From Balanoglossus misakiensis (taxonomy: Eukaryota > Animalia > Hemichordata), in the NCBI GenBank assembly GCA_040954595.2, contig CM082590.2, positions 10,690,088-10,754,087 on the forward strand: a stretch of DNA of 64,000 bases, given 5' to 3'. The notes beneath the pieces were generated by a model that worked only from the letters and a program-made list of their open reading frames with translations, did not search any database and was not told where the DNA came from. The stretch's first letter is position 1. Each line of letters starts with the position of its first letter. Positions 53,393 to 64,000 of this stretch are shown here, in pieces. The position numbers and the translations under genes were made by a program.

Positions 53393-54141
53393 CACAAGGT
53401 ATGGGTGCCAGGTGTAACAGATTACGTATGTTGCATTTCTTTGTCATTTTCAAAGCTAGCTTTTACTTATCATTCAGCAACACTTTTTTGACAGATCATT
53501 GGGATTGAGTCTGAAAGGAGTCAAAACAGTGTTGAGTAAAGAAGGCTACCACAAGAGCAAAGGACAAAGAGACAGAGATCAGAGACGAAAAACCAAAGAC
53601 ATCTAAACCTACGGTAAAGGTGTGTATCGTATATCACTTACTTATTCTTCGCTATCAAATGACACAAGGTATGGGTGCCAGGTGTAACAGATTATGTTGC
53701 ATTTCTTTGTCATTTTCAAAGCTAGCTTTTACTTATCATTCAGCAACACTTTTTTGACAGATCATTGGGATTATCAAGGACAACGAGACAAAGACATCTA
53801 AACCTTCGGTAAAGGTGTGTATCGTATATCACTTACTTATTCTTCGCTATCAAATGACACAAGGTATGGGTGCCAGGTGTAACAGATTATGTTGCGTTTC
53901 TTTGTCATTTTCAAAGCTAGCTTTTACTTATCATTCAGCAACACTTTTTTGACAGATCATTGGGATTACCAGAAGTCAAGGACAAAGAGACAAAGACATC
54001 TAAACCTACGGTAAAGGTGTGTATCGTATATCACTTACTTATTCTTCGCTATCAAATGACACAAGGTATGGGTGCCAGGTGTAACAGATTATGTTGCATT
54101 TCTTTGTCATTTTCAAAGCTAGCTTTTACTTATCATTCAGC
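53393..54141 (+). repeat. Four-copy tandem repeat (units about 270, 195 and 202 bp, plus a partial copy) of an intron-exon-intron block
   Basis: CACAAGGTATGGGTGCCAGGTGTAACAGATT starts at 53393, 53663, 53858 and 54060. Each full unit has ttttttgacag|ATCATTGGGATT...GGTAAAG|gtgtgt. Confidence 0.9.
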
Positions 54142-55338
54142 ATGAATGCAAAGTATGTGGTAAAAGTTTTGCTGAGAATGGTACCTTAACAAGGCACATG
54201 ACAGTCCATACCAAATAAAAACCCCATGAGTGCGAAATATGTGGAAAATGTTACACGCGAAATGTGTACTTAAGAGCACACATCATGAGAGTCCACACCA
54301 AGAAGTAGTTTTTTGCATATTTGTATTTTTGCCACTTTTGAGCTTTGAAATTTGTAAAGACAATTTTTGGTCAAGTATTTTTTTCCTTTTGGTACAAAAT
54401 AGACCAAGGTTCTGACAAATTTTTCTTGTGTCATTATTTTATCACAATCCCTAATGTAATGTATGTATGTATGTATGCATTTATGTTTGTACGTACGTAT
54501 GTATGTACTAGTATGTAATCTATGTATGAATTTAAAGTGTATACTGTTTGATACCATTTTGCACATCTTACATATCACAAACCCAGTGATGATAAGAAAA
54601 TGAGCAGGTCATCTAAATAAGCCACTTCATTTTTTTGTACTTAGGGTCATGTTAAGTTGTCTAAATTCATTTAGGGACAAGAAATGTGTGATGCTTGAAA
54701 ATGGATCAGTTTTGTAATTCAGAGCATAATTTATTGACAACAGATGCTTAGATTTTGTATCAGTTTTTTAGTCAACCTGATGGATATTTACCAACAGATG
54801 TACAAGGATGTGAGGTAATGTAAAGTCATGAAAATGGCCTGTTGTAACATACATGTACTACAATTGCTTATTTTTATTACAGGGATGCAGAGTAAACTAC
54901 ACCAGGAAAATTCCTATGAGTGCGAAGTATGTGGAAAACGGTTCACCCGAAAGGATTCTATAACAAGGCACATGAGAGTACATACCCATGATAAACCCTA
55001 TGAGTGCGCAGATGTGGAAAACGGTTCACCCGAAAGGATTCTATAACAAGGCACATGAGAGTACATACCCATGATAATCCCTATGAATGCAGGGTATGTG
55101 GAAACCGTTTCACGAGAAATGGGGCATTAACTAAGCACTCTAGAGTCCACACCCAAGAAAAACCTGTTGGCCTGTTGTAACATACTACAATTGCTTATTT
55201 TTATTACAGGGATGCAGAGTAAACTACACCAGGAAAATCCCTATGAGTGCGAAGTATGTGGAAAACGGTTCACCCGAAAGGATTCAATAACAAGGCACAT
55301 GAGTGTACATACCCATGATAAACCCTATGAATGCGAAA
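54141..55338 (+). pseudogene. Degenerate C2H2 zinc-finger array
   Basis: [37 protein letters not shown].. has an in-frame [34 protein letters not shown] has a frameshift near 55010. The acceptor-plus-finger block is duplicated (about 54836-55007 and 55168-55336). Confidence 0.85.
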
Positions 55339-56014
55339 TACTCAAAGTATTTGAAAGATGGAGAATCACAAGTTTCTTTTCTTGGCGTAGAGGAGGCAAG
55401 TGCTATTTATGTGCAATAAAGAATGATTAAGCATTTGCATGTAACTTTTGTGAATTTGTGTCTTTCCCACTGGGTCTTTCATAATGCCCATTTTTTCCAT
55501 TGTGAATTTTCAATCACTAATGATTGTATTATATGTATTGTTCATGCAGGTTTCTGATGGACGAGCAGAGACTCTGACCCAGTGTATTAAGCCATTTGCT
55601 GTAAATCAAGACATCACACTGAATAATAGACTTGTCGGACTTGGCAGTGACGGAGCAGCTGTTATGGTAGGGGAGAGATCGGGGGTGGCGACCAGACTGA
55701 AAGAAGAGGTAAGTTCAAATGTGGTATGCATATGAAGTTGTTCATTGTTGTACTTTCCTACGCGAAACTGTTTTAAGCCAGTTATCAAACAAATTGAGTG
55801 TTGCGTTTTTACCAAAAAACAATGTGTTTTTGTTTTTCTACAGGTATCTAGTATAATGGTCTCTCATCATTGCATTGCCCATCGCTTGGCATTAGCTGTT
55901 GGGCAGGCGGCAAACAGCGTGAGCTACATTAAGAAGTTCAATGATACCTTGGACTGTTTATTTCGCTTCTATGAATACTCACCAGTGAGGTCCAGCGCAT
56001 TGAAGCAAATCCAG
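55339..56014 (+). mobile_element. Intron-containing hAT transposase fragment (ZNF862-like)
   Basis: Exons 55339-55395 ([21 protein letters not shown] donor), 55550-55708 (VSDGRAE..LVGLGSDGAAVMVGERSGVATRLKEE) and 55844-56014 (HCIAHRLALAV..FRFYEYSPVRSSALKQIQ). These carry the hAT second catalytic Asp (SDGA) and the CxxH motif. The 5' and 3' parts are missing. Confidence 0.85.
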
Positions 56015-56421
56015 GTAAATTGCATGTTAACTTACCGGTATGCAAATCATGAAAATGTGAGGATTAAATAAGAGCTCAGCAAAGTATTGCCAGAGACTGA
56101 GTAAACCAAAGACATTGGATTTGTTTGGAATTTTTGAAATGTGTTGATTTGAATGGAATTTTTGAAATGTGTTATTGATTTGAATATATTGTTTTGTTAT
56201 TTATATAAATGTATGGTTTTGTTGTTTAAATAAATAAATCAAACTTTCTTTGTAGTAAATAGTAATTATGTATTGCCTTGCTCATACTTCATACATTGGG
56301 TAAGATTTCAATGTTTGTCTCAATCTATGAAGTCAGCCATACTTAAATATGCAAATACATGCAAAGTACTATGTTAATTTTATGCAAATTAATATGCAAA
56401 TTAGTCGCCTATCTAACATTT

Positions 56422-56739
56422 TCATCCGTGGGGAACACTGTCACTACTACTACTACTGTAGATGATTGAGTGGGTCAGGGCTGGGGGAAGGTCCACTTCC
56501 CTTATTTCATAGGACACCAATTCGTGAAATTCAGGTGTGAGTCTGAGACAGGGGATTTCCCCTAATATTTCTTTTGAGACCCTCCTGTATCTATTTCTGG
56601 CTCTCAAGATTGCCTTTGCCACTTTCTTACCTACCCCTGGCAAGGTCTTAAGGGTCATGAGGTCACATGTGTTGATATAAACTGGACCCCTGGAGGCCCT
56701 CATGATGTGATCTATTGGCCCTTTAAACACACTAATCAT
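56422..56739 (-). CDS. Helix-hairpin-helix (ComEA/HHH_3-like) ORF; probable truncated ORF1/gag of an LTR retrotransposon
   Basis: VYINTCDLMTLKTLPGVGKKVAKAILRARNRY is a canonical ComEA-like HhH. It is intronless and lies about 650 bp downstream of a PBS and LTR on the same strand. Confidence 0.7.
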   Translation of the reverse strand: MISVFKGPIDHIMRASRGPVYINTCDLMTLKTLPGVGKKVAKAILRARNRYRRVSKEILGEIPCLRLTPEFHELVSYEIREVDLPPALTHSIIYSSSSSDSVPHG

Positions 56740-57603
56740 TAACTATACACTCCCTCACACTCGAGACAACAGGTAGGGTTTACTCGAGTGAACCCTTTAA
56801 AGAATAATCTCAATCACACAAAAGCTCACTCCCACACAAAAAGAAACTTCTACACACGTACAGAGAAAAGTTCTGCGCATGCGCCGACCGATACAGAAGC
56901 CCAGGGGTGTGTGTTGCACTGACCTGCGTTAACAGATCCCGTGAGGAGTACGGTGCCCAGAGTGCTAACACATCCCTAAACTTTGTTGGCCTCTTTTGCA
57001 CACAACAAAATAAGCACCCACTACACCCTAAACACGTTTTTGGAATGATGACCCTCTAACAAAGGAAAAAGGCCCTATGTGCCAAGATGGCGGCCGAATT
57101 TCCGCCCACGCGGTAGTGGGGAAAAAACACAGAAAATTGACTCAAACTACCTCCGAAACCCCGGTACCTACCCAGTACCGTCCCTAAACTTCGCTAAAAA
57201 AATCCCCGCGGTCCCCGAGAGTTTGCCCAGTGTCTTCTGGCCCCAGCAATCCCCGATATCCTGTTTTTCCTATGCCCAGAAAACCCTGAATTCCGGCCAC
57301 ACAGAAACACCACTCTCTCCCCCCCCCCCCCCCCCCCGCGTATAATAAAAAACGTTTCCCCGCACTAGGCTCGAACACAGGCTCGCAGCGCCAATGTTGT
57401 GATTGCCGATGTCTCACCTGAGTGCGTCTAAAGGTTACTAGTCTAAGGTTTCTAAAGGTCTGTTTGGAGGTCAGTCGAAGGCATGCTGCTCAGTCTGAAG
57501 CCTCGCAGAAAGAGAACGAACTATTTCCGCCCAAGGGGTGAGTAGGGTCAGTGTAAATGTAAGTATTGTGGGCAGGTCTTCATATTTTACTCTGGGATCT
57601 ACA
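56422..57603 (-). mobile_element. 5' portion of a truncated LTR (Gypsy-like) retrotransposon: LTR about 57603-57395, PBS 57393-57381, leader, ORF1 start
   Basis: The minus strand reads TGTAG...CACAACA (TG..CA ends), 1 nt, then TGGCGCTGCGAGC, which is complementary to a tRNA-Ser-type 3' end (..GCAGCG-CCA). No pol gene or second LTR is present. Confidence 0.65.
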
Positions 57604-57900
57604 CTTTTTTTCTAGCAATATTGAGATTTTCTCTTGTTTAGTTTGATAAACGACGATCATTTCCGCTGGTAAATTAATGGGGGGGGGGGGGGGGGGTCAC
57701 TGCAGAACCTGTTGAGACAAAAGAAGTTAAAGATGTTAAAATCACGTAATTGTAGGGGTGTGACGGTTAACTGGAACAGCTTTATCCTTGTTTACCTCAT
57801 TACATATTCATGTTGTTCCAATGATTGACAGTCGCGTTTTAGGGTCAGGTCACAAAGAGCACTAAACGCATATCGGTGACAATTTCTTCTAGCAGACAAG

Positions 57901-60900
57901 ATGGCAAGCACCGCTGTTCAAGCTCCAGAGACGATTTTCACTCAGGGCGAAAATTGTAAAGGTGACTGGAGAAAAGCAGACGCAAAATATGACGAATCCG
58001 ACGATCATTTAGAGATCATGGGCAAGCCAGTTATGGAGAGATGGGAAACGCCATACATGCATAAACTGGCAGAGGTCGCCTCCTCTAAAGGTACAGTACT
58101 TGCATTTTTGTCCAAATTACATAATATACTTGACAGATGCGCGTGTAGTTGGCTGGGACGGGTATGTTTTGGTGCTAGAAATATAAATAATAATCCTATA
58201 GACTCGAGTGATAGTCGTTATTAAATATATTTGCGCCTGAAGGAGATGGAATTTGTTGATATGGGACACGTGTTTTGTTCTGTACGTGCAGATTCGTGTC
58301 CAAATGACCATGTGGTCGGTAGCGTGGAATTTTGAAATGACATTTTACGGTCACACGTGATGCCGGATCGATTTCTAATTGTTAGAGTTGGTGTCTTGTG
58401 TGTTCGAAATAGCTCAGTTGTGAAACTACAAGATTCACTTCGTCTTTTATGACGACAAGGTTTCATACAAGGTTCTTATTGCGTCTATATTTGGGGGGGG
58501 GGGGGGCTGTAGTTTGCACGATCGAGTTTTGAAGGTGACCTCAGTTGCAGCCTTTGGGTCATCGCCGCGTTGGGTCATTGCCAGGAGTGACCGTTTGAAC
58601 AATAGCGTTCCTTGGTTACCACAATGCCACTGTTACGTAACTTCGTAAGAGTGGTAGCCGCCAGAAATAGTCGTCAAGGTAAAAGTGTGCACGTCAAGCT
58701 CAGCTGACAGTGGCCTTCGATCGCTGATAGCTAGATAGTACAAGCATGGAGGTACTCCATGGTACAAGTGTCAGTGCTGGGCGAGACATGAAAATGTGTC
58801 TTGCATGGGTTTGGCAAATGAATGTGAAGGAAGTCCATTGAAAATGGTTGCCATAGCAACAGTCTGATCTCCAGTACATGTATAGTTCTATGTCTATCAC
58901 TTTAACCTTGAACTGAAATTTCAATGCTATCATCCTTTTAGAAATTAATTCCCGTAGCGCATGCAGTTGAAAGATATATTGATATAAAAAATGAATGTTA
59001 ACTTTTTTGTAATATTTGATAATTTCTCTGACAATAGTTCGCATGAAACACAAACCCTTTGATTGTTTCATCATAAACAAGGTTAAATTGTATGTTGTAC
59101 CACTAAATTTATCCATATAATTATAGATGTCCCTGCATTTTGACCTGGTATATTATCAACTGATTTACATAAATCATTGAATAGCAAAAGCAAGGCTGTA
59201 GCAGAATTCATGGGTGAGAGAGAGAGAGAGACTTTACAGTGATTGAATGTTATGTGTTGCAGTTTGACAAGCACAGAAATTTGTAGAGAAATATTTTCAG
59301 CACTCGGGCAATTTATTGCAAATTTATTACAAAAATGTAATTGTTCATACTATTCTGTCTGAGAAAATTGAGTTACTTAATTCTGAAGTTAAATTTCATT
59401 TAAAAGATAAGAAGTCGTGTATCTTTTAAATTGGTTTTATTTGCTTTAATTACATCAATAATTTCTAGATGAGTACATGTATATAATGATACAAATCATA
59501 AAATTCAGTGGTGATGGCCAAATTAATAATAATCTACAGATTGAAAGGACAATGATTTCTTCTGTCGCCTCTCAACAAGGAGTCTTCTATTTGCCTCAAA
59601 CATTTCAAATAGCCAATTTTCAATAGTTGACTTTCTTGTAAGATAATATAACATTTCAGGTTATAATGAAAATCTGTATAAAAGTGACCTGTGTGTTTAT
59701 ATATCTGGTTGGATATGTGTTGATAGATTTTAGAGCAGTTCGCGATAAAAGCGATATTGACTTAACAGACTGCTGTAAAAAAACATTTAATGAAAGGTAC
59801 ATGTACAATGCATTGTCGTTTTTCAATAACAGATAAATGTTTAAACCTTTTGGGGATAATTCAAGGAAGTGATTTTTTTCCATTAAATCTTGATGGACTG
59901 TTTCGTTTCACAAATTGATTTCGTGTTGACGTCACTGACTGTGAATAAAATGTACTCAGTGAGTACCTATAGGCAATTTTGTCAATTATTTCATTCTGTA
60001 TTGCTTTTAAAATGGATTGCTACATTATTGAGGCCACTCAGCTCTTCAAATATCTGTTATATCCATGAAGACTTGTGAAATTTGACAACTATTTAACCCC
60101 ATGAACACTTGTCAGTTGTGTAAGGTATCTGCTTCATTGATATATAGGTTGCATTTTAGGTTCTAGCTGACAAAGTCTTATTTTTAGTCGATGCGATGAT
60201 AGATAATTTCTCATTATTCATGAACAATTATCGTTATGTATCTCTCTGATATCATCAAGGTTCTTAAAGGGAAGGGGTCGTCGCGCTGCGTGGGTGTCCC
60301 CCTCAATGAGAATATGTCCTCCCATACCAGCACAAACCTCACTGCAGTCGCCATGACCTACTAGGATCTTCAGTTGCTGTCATGCCCAGTCTACGCTATG
60401 GTTGGCTGCTTCGTTCATTCTAAGAATGATCTAATTTGTTGTGGATGAATTGTAAGGTTTATAAACAAACACGGCGCAACGACCCCTTCACTTTAAATAC
60501 ATACCAGGAGTGTGAGAAATTCAGTTCTGAAATAAGATTTTATTACGTTTAAAACTTTATTGTGTAGTGAAATGTTTCACAGAATATGTTTTAGTTACAC
60601 TGTATTTGTTTTGATCAAGTTGAAAAGGTTATGAAAAACTATGAACTGCCTGGCTGTGGTATGAAAATATAAATTTTAATTATTAAAAGATAGTGGATCA
60701 GTCATCATCTCAGTTCTTCTTTTTTTTTAACACACTTATTTGACTTTGTTGACCAACAGGTGGTAAGGTCCTTGAGATCGGTTTTGGGATGGCAATCGCT
60801 GCGTCCAGGATTGAACAGCTTGACATCAAGGAGCATGTTATCATCGAATGCAACGATGGCGTCTTCAAGAGACTGGAGGAATGGGCTAAGAAACAACCGC

Positions 60901-62039
60901 ACAAAATCACACCCTTGAAAGGAATGTGGGAAGATGTTGTACCTACACTTGAGGACAACCAGTTTGATGGTAAGTCAGAATATAGTCAAACTTGTGTTCT
61001 TGGCCACCTCTATATAGTGGCCAGGTTGTTTCAGTGCCTGTGCAATTTACATGTACAGTCATTAGTGGTCACCTATTAGGTTGTAGTTAAATTCTAAGAT
61101 GAATGAACTCTAGATTTAATTGACAGAGTTGTTCCCACACTCTCAGCATGCCATGAGTGTGAGAATCACCTGGCTGACATAATACTCATTCGTAATACTG
61201 GGAGATTATAAATATCTATTTTTTTCTTGACAGGTATTCTGTATGATACATACCCACTGTCGGAACAAGACTGGCACACTCATCAATTCAACTTCATCAA
61301 GGCTCATGCACACAGACTTCTGAAAAGTGGTGGAGTTCTAACCTACTGTAATCTCACATCCTGGGGAGAGTTTCTCAAAGGCAAATACGACAACATTGAG
61401 AAAATGTTTGAGGTGAGTGGATGTATTGGTCTTATACAAATAGCTTCCACTATATTAGAGCTTGTGTGATGAGTTGGCATCCATCATCTCTTCCTTGATA
61501 TAAGACACTGTTTATGTCATTCTACATGTAGATATAAAGTAAATCAACATTGAACCACACACAACTTCCATCCCTCCTTGTAGACACGAGAGTGGAAAAT
61601 CTCGCCAAAATGAATGATCAGTCTCTACCGTTTATTTATTTTGGCGAGGTTTATACTCTCATATCCTACAAACGGAATGGAAGTTGTGTGTGGTTAAATG
61701 TTGATTCACTATAATATCCACATATAGAATAACATAAACAGTGTCTTGTATCAAACAGAATTTAATGGAAAAAGGGCAGCGAGAGAGACACTTTGTCCCT
61801 TTAACTTTGAAACCACTTCATATGTATGGATTTCTGCGTGTATGTGCACTGCAACAAATAATATATTTATCTTTCTCTGTTGTGAATCTTCTCAACAGGA
61901 AACTCAAATTCCACATCTAATCGAGGCGGGTTTCAAGACAGAAAATATCACCTCGGAAGTAATGGATATAGTTGCGGAACCGGAATGTAAATACTACTCC
62001 TTCGACAAAATGATCGCCCCAAGGGTTGTTAAGGAGTAA
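57901..62039 (+). CDS. GAMT: Guanidinoacetate N-methyltransferase; 4 exons, 239 aa
   Basis: Exons 57901-58090, 60760-60969, 61234-61412 and 61899-62039 (720 nt, GT-AG). Motifs: [17 protein letters not shown]-binding [57 protein letters not shown] at 62251. Confidence 0.97.
58847..58860. promoter_or_regulatory. Consensus RFX X-box in GAMT intron 1
   Basis: GTTGCCATAGCAAC fits GTNRCC-N(0-3)-RGYAAC. Confidence 0.5.
60264..60496. mobile_element. TTAA-flanked MITE (Kolobok-like) in GAMT intron 1
   Basis: TTAA-AGGGAAGGGGTCGTCGCGCTGCGT ... ACACGGCGCAACGACCCCTTCACT-TTAA gives imperfect TIRs of about 25 bp with TTAA on both sides. Confidence 0.75.
60981..61075. mobile_element. Second remnant of the 31622-31776 MITE family, in GAMT intron 2
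   Basis: Starts TATAGTCAAACTTG and shares two identical blocks of about 21-22 nt with 31622-31776. Confidence 0.6.
61495..61754. mobile_element. 260-bp foldback (palindromic) element in GAMT intron 3
   Basis: Arms of about 120 bp are imperfect inverted repeats: TTGATATAAGACACTGTTTATG/CATAAACAGTGTCTTGTATCAA, AACCACACACAACTTCCAT/ATGGAAGTTGTGTGTGGTT, CTCGCCAAAAT/ATTTTGGCGAG. Confidence 0.85.
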
Positions 62040-64000
62040 AAGGTCAATATGAAATTTGTCCAAATATTTTGCAGAAAATGAATTTCTTCTGTCAAAGTTC
62101 AATACTTAACGATGACATAAATTCACTTATCAGATGTCCATTGAGAAATGCAACTGTTTTACTGCCAAATTCATTCTCTTAAATTTTCAGTGACATTAAC
62201 TGAAACTTTTTATTTTATTTTCAGTATTTTTGTTCTATGTACCAAAAACTAATAAACCCAGTACTCTACTTGTCAACATAGCCTGTATGCGTGTAATGGG
62301 CATTGTTTTTGTTGACAAATGAATTCTAGCCCTGACTAGAAGACAAATTTGGCATAATAACAATGCTGACTATATACGTATAGGTTGTATACTGGACATT
62401 TCATCATGCTTCAGAGATTTGAATAAGAAACTGCAGTAGATACACAAAACAAAAATACTGAAAACAACAAAACGCAAAAAGTAACAAATTGAAGAGCACT
62501 GTTGTCAACATGGGTGCCAAGTATATCTGTATTGGCAGATTTGTGTCACAAAATAATAAGCATGGCAGTCGTTACCTACTCTTTTGGTTCTGAAATTTTA
62601 ATTTGATGAGTTTTTCTTGAATTTCTTAAATCTGTAATCTTACTTATAGATGTGTTTAGACACCAAAAAGGTAATATGCATCTCAGACCGTGGAAAAGAG
62701 AATAGTTTGTGTAAAAATGTACTTTTTCATAAATTTGAATGAAATGCTCATACAGACCTCATAAGCTACCTCGGAAATTAAATCCTTAAAATGTTTTTCC
62801 TTTTTTGCTCAAGGTATATTAAGATTACTGTGCTAAATTATCTGAAATTTAAAATTCAAAATGGCTGTCATGCAGGTTTGTTTCCAATCCATTATTTGGT
62901 ATACATATGTATGCTTTTTTGTGATTTTTAAGTAGAATTTTGCACCAATTTCAATTATTTTGTGTTTAGTTGACGAAAATAAAAACACACCACACTGATT
63001 TCAAAGAAAAACTTGGTGCTTTGGCTTTCATTTATTTTATTTTCAGAAAATTCGTAAATCCCCAAATTCTAAAAATGTCTGCCTGGTACATAGGTCACAC
63101 AGTTGTCATTTTGAAAAAGACTTTGCAGATAGCATTCCGATTTCAAAGGGCCGGTGTACATTTGACCAAGTTGTTTTCGTGCATATAAGACTTTGCCTTG
63201 TGAGTGGTCAGTAGGTCTAGGTTCAAATCCTGTAAAACACAAGTGGATTTTCAATTTAATAAAGCTATGTATGTTCAAACATTACTGTGTTTTATTAATT
63301 TACCAATCTTGGATATAACTGAAATATGTCCTTATAGCCAGCATGATATTTTAGCTAATTTAGCCCGGTATAAATTCACTAATTTAAAGGTATACGGTCA
63401 CCTCCAATTTTCATACGCGCATAGATGGCTGAAATGGCGTATTTAAGCGTTCTAAAGAACATATGGTGGCGCTCTTTTTTTCGCGTGTGCCACCCACTGA
63501 AAATCCGTGATTGGCTAGATCTCAATTCGCCATGGTAACTATAGCTAATTTTCCATAGGTGACTTTAAGATGCCACCAATTCAATCAACGACGTTATGAA
63601 CTTGTCGACAACTGAAGCGTTACATTGACAAGATGATGCTCAACCTATTCCTCGCCAACATAATTATTCAACATTTGTGGGCAGTTTCACTGATGAAAAG
63701 CGAGAATTGGTTAAATGTACCTTCGATGTGAAACAACGTAATTTTGATATTACTGTTACTGTTGCTCGTCATAATTTGACAACAGGTGAGACAGTGAGTT
63801 TCGCCTTGCAGTGCGGGGAAGTCGTTGGCAAGGCTTATTACTACGACAGTATTGAGTTTTTCGGCAAATTATGGATTGCAACAGCAAAACAGATGTAAAA
63901 CCTACTTCTTGCGAACATAATTTTCAAGATATGTGGCGAGCAGCTTTACTAAAGAAATTAAAGTACTTAAACTGGTATCCGTTATCTTTCATTGTGCTTA

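Noticed and set aside
53393-54141. Regularly spaced repeats as a CRISPR-like array
   Set aside because: Units are about 200 bp with near-identical content and splice sites. There are no unique spacers and no cas genes, and the context is eukaryotic.
56422-56739. Horizontally acquired bacterial comEA
   Set aside because: The upstream PBS and LTR explain it better as retrotransposon ORF1, and there is no bacterial context.
63160-63235. tRNA gene (A-box-like TGACCAAGTTG, B-box GGTTCAAATCC)
   Set aside because: No cloverleaf with proper acceptor and anticodon stems can be built; at most it is a decayed SINE head.
63570-63898. Protein-like ORF near the window end
   Set aside because: It has an in-frame stop upstream and no recognisable family, so it cannot be called.

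Overview
This is AT-rich, intron-containing animal DNA. It is most likely from an invertebrate deuterostome such as a hemichordate, inferred from the co-occurrence of GAMT, CRF-BP and a DUR3-type transporter. The ORF track is mostly noise, so genes were rebuilt by hand from GT-AG splice sites with consistent phases. Contents in order: (1) the 3' end of a DUR3-like urea/solute symporter (2-514, +); (2) about 19 kb of non-coding, repeat- and promoter-rich DNA; (3) a 10-exon PLP-dependent cysteine-desulfurase-like gene (19740-25327, +) with a uORF-packed leader and an acidic tail carrying degron-like motifs; (4) two tandem corticotropin-releasing-factor-binding-protein (CRF-BP) units on the minus strand (48579-36881 and about 35186/34419-30609); (5) a decayed C2H2-zinc-finger/hAT-transposase composite and a truncated LTR retrotransposon with a helix-hairpin-helix ORF (about 53.4-57.6 kb); (6) a complete 4-exon GAMT gene (57901-62039, +). 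The CRF-BP pair is the most interesting part. A splice donor one base after the first unit's UGA and an 8-nt micro-exon could join both units in frame. Both units share a novel cysteine-bounded insertion and differ at a ligand-binding residue, and the locus is strongly enriched in perfect CRE palindromes.
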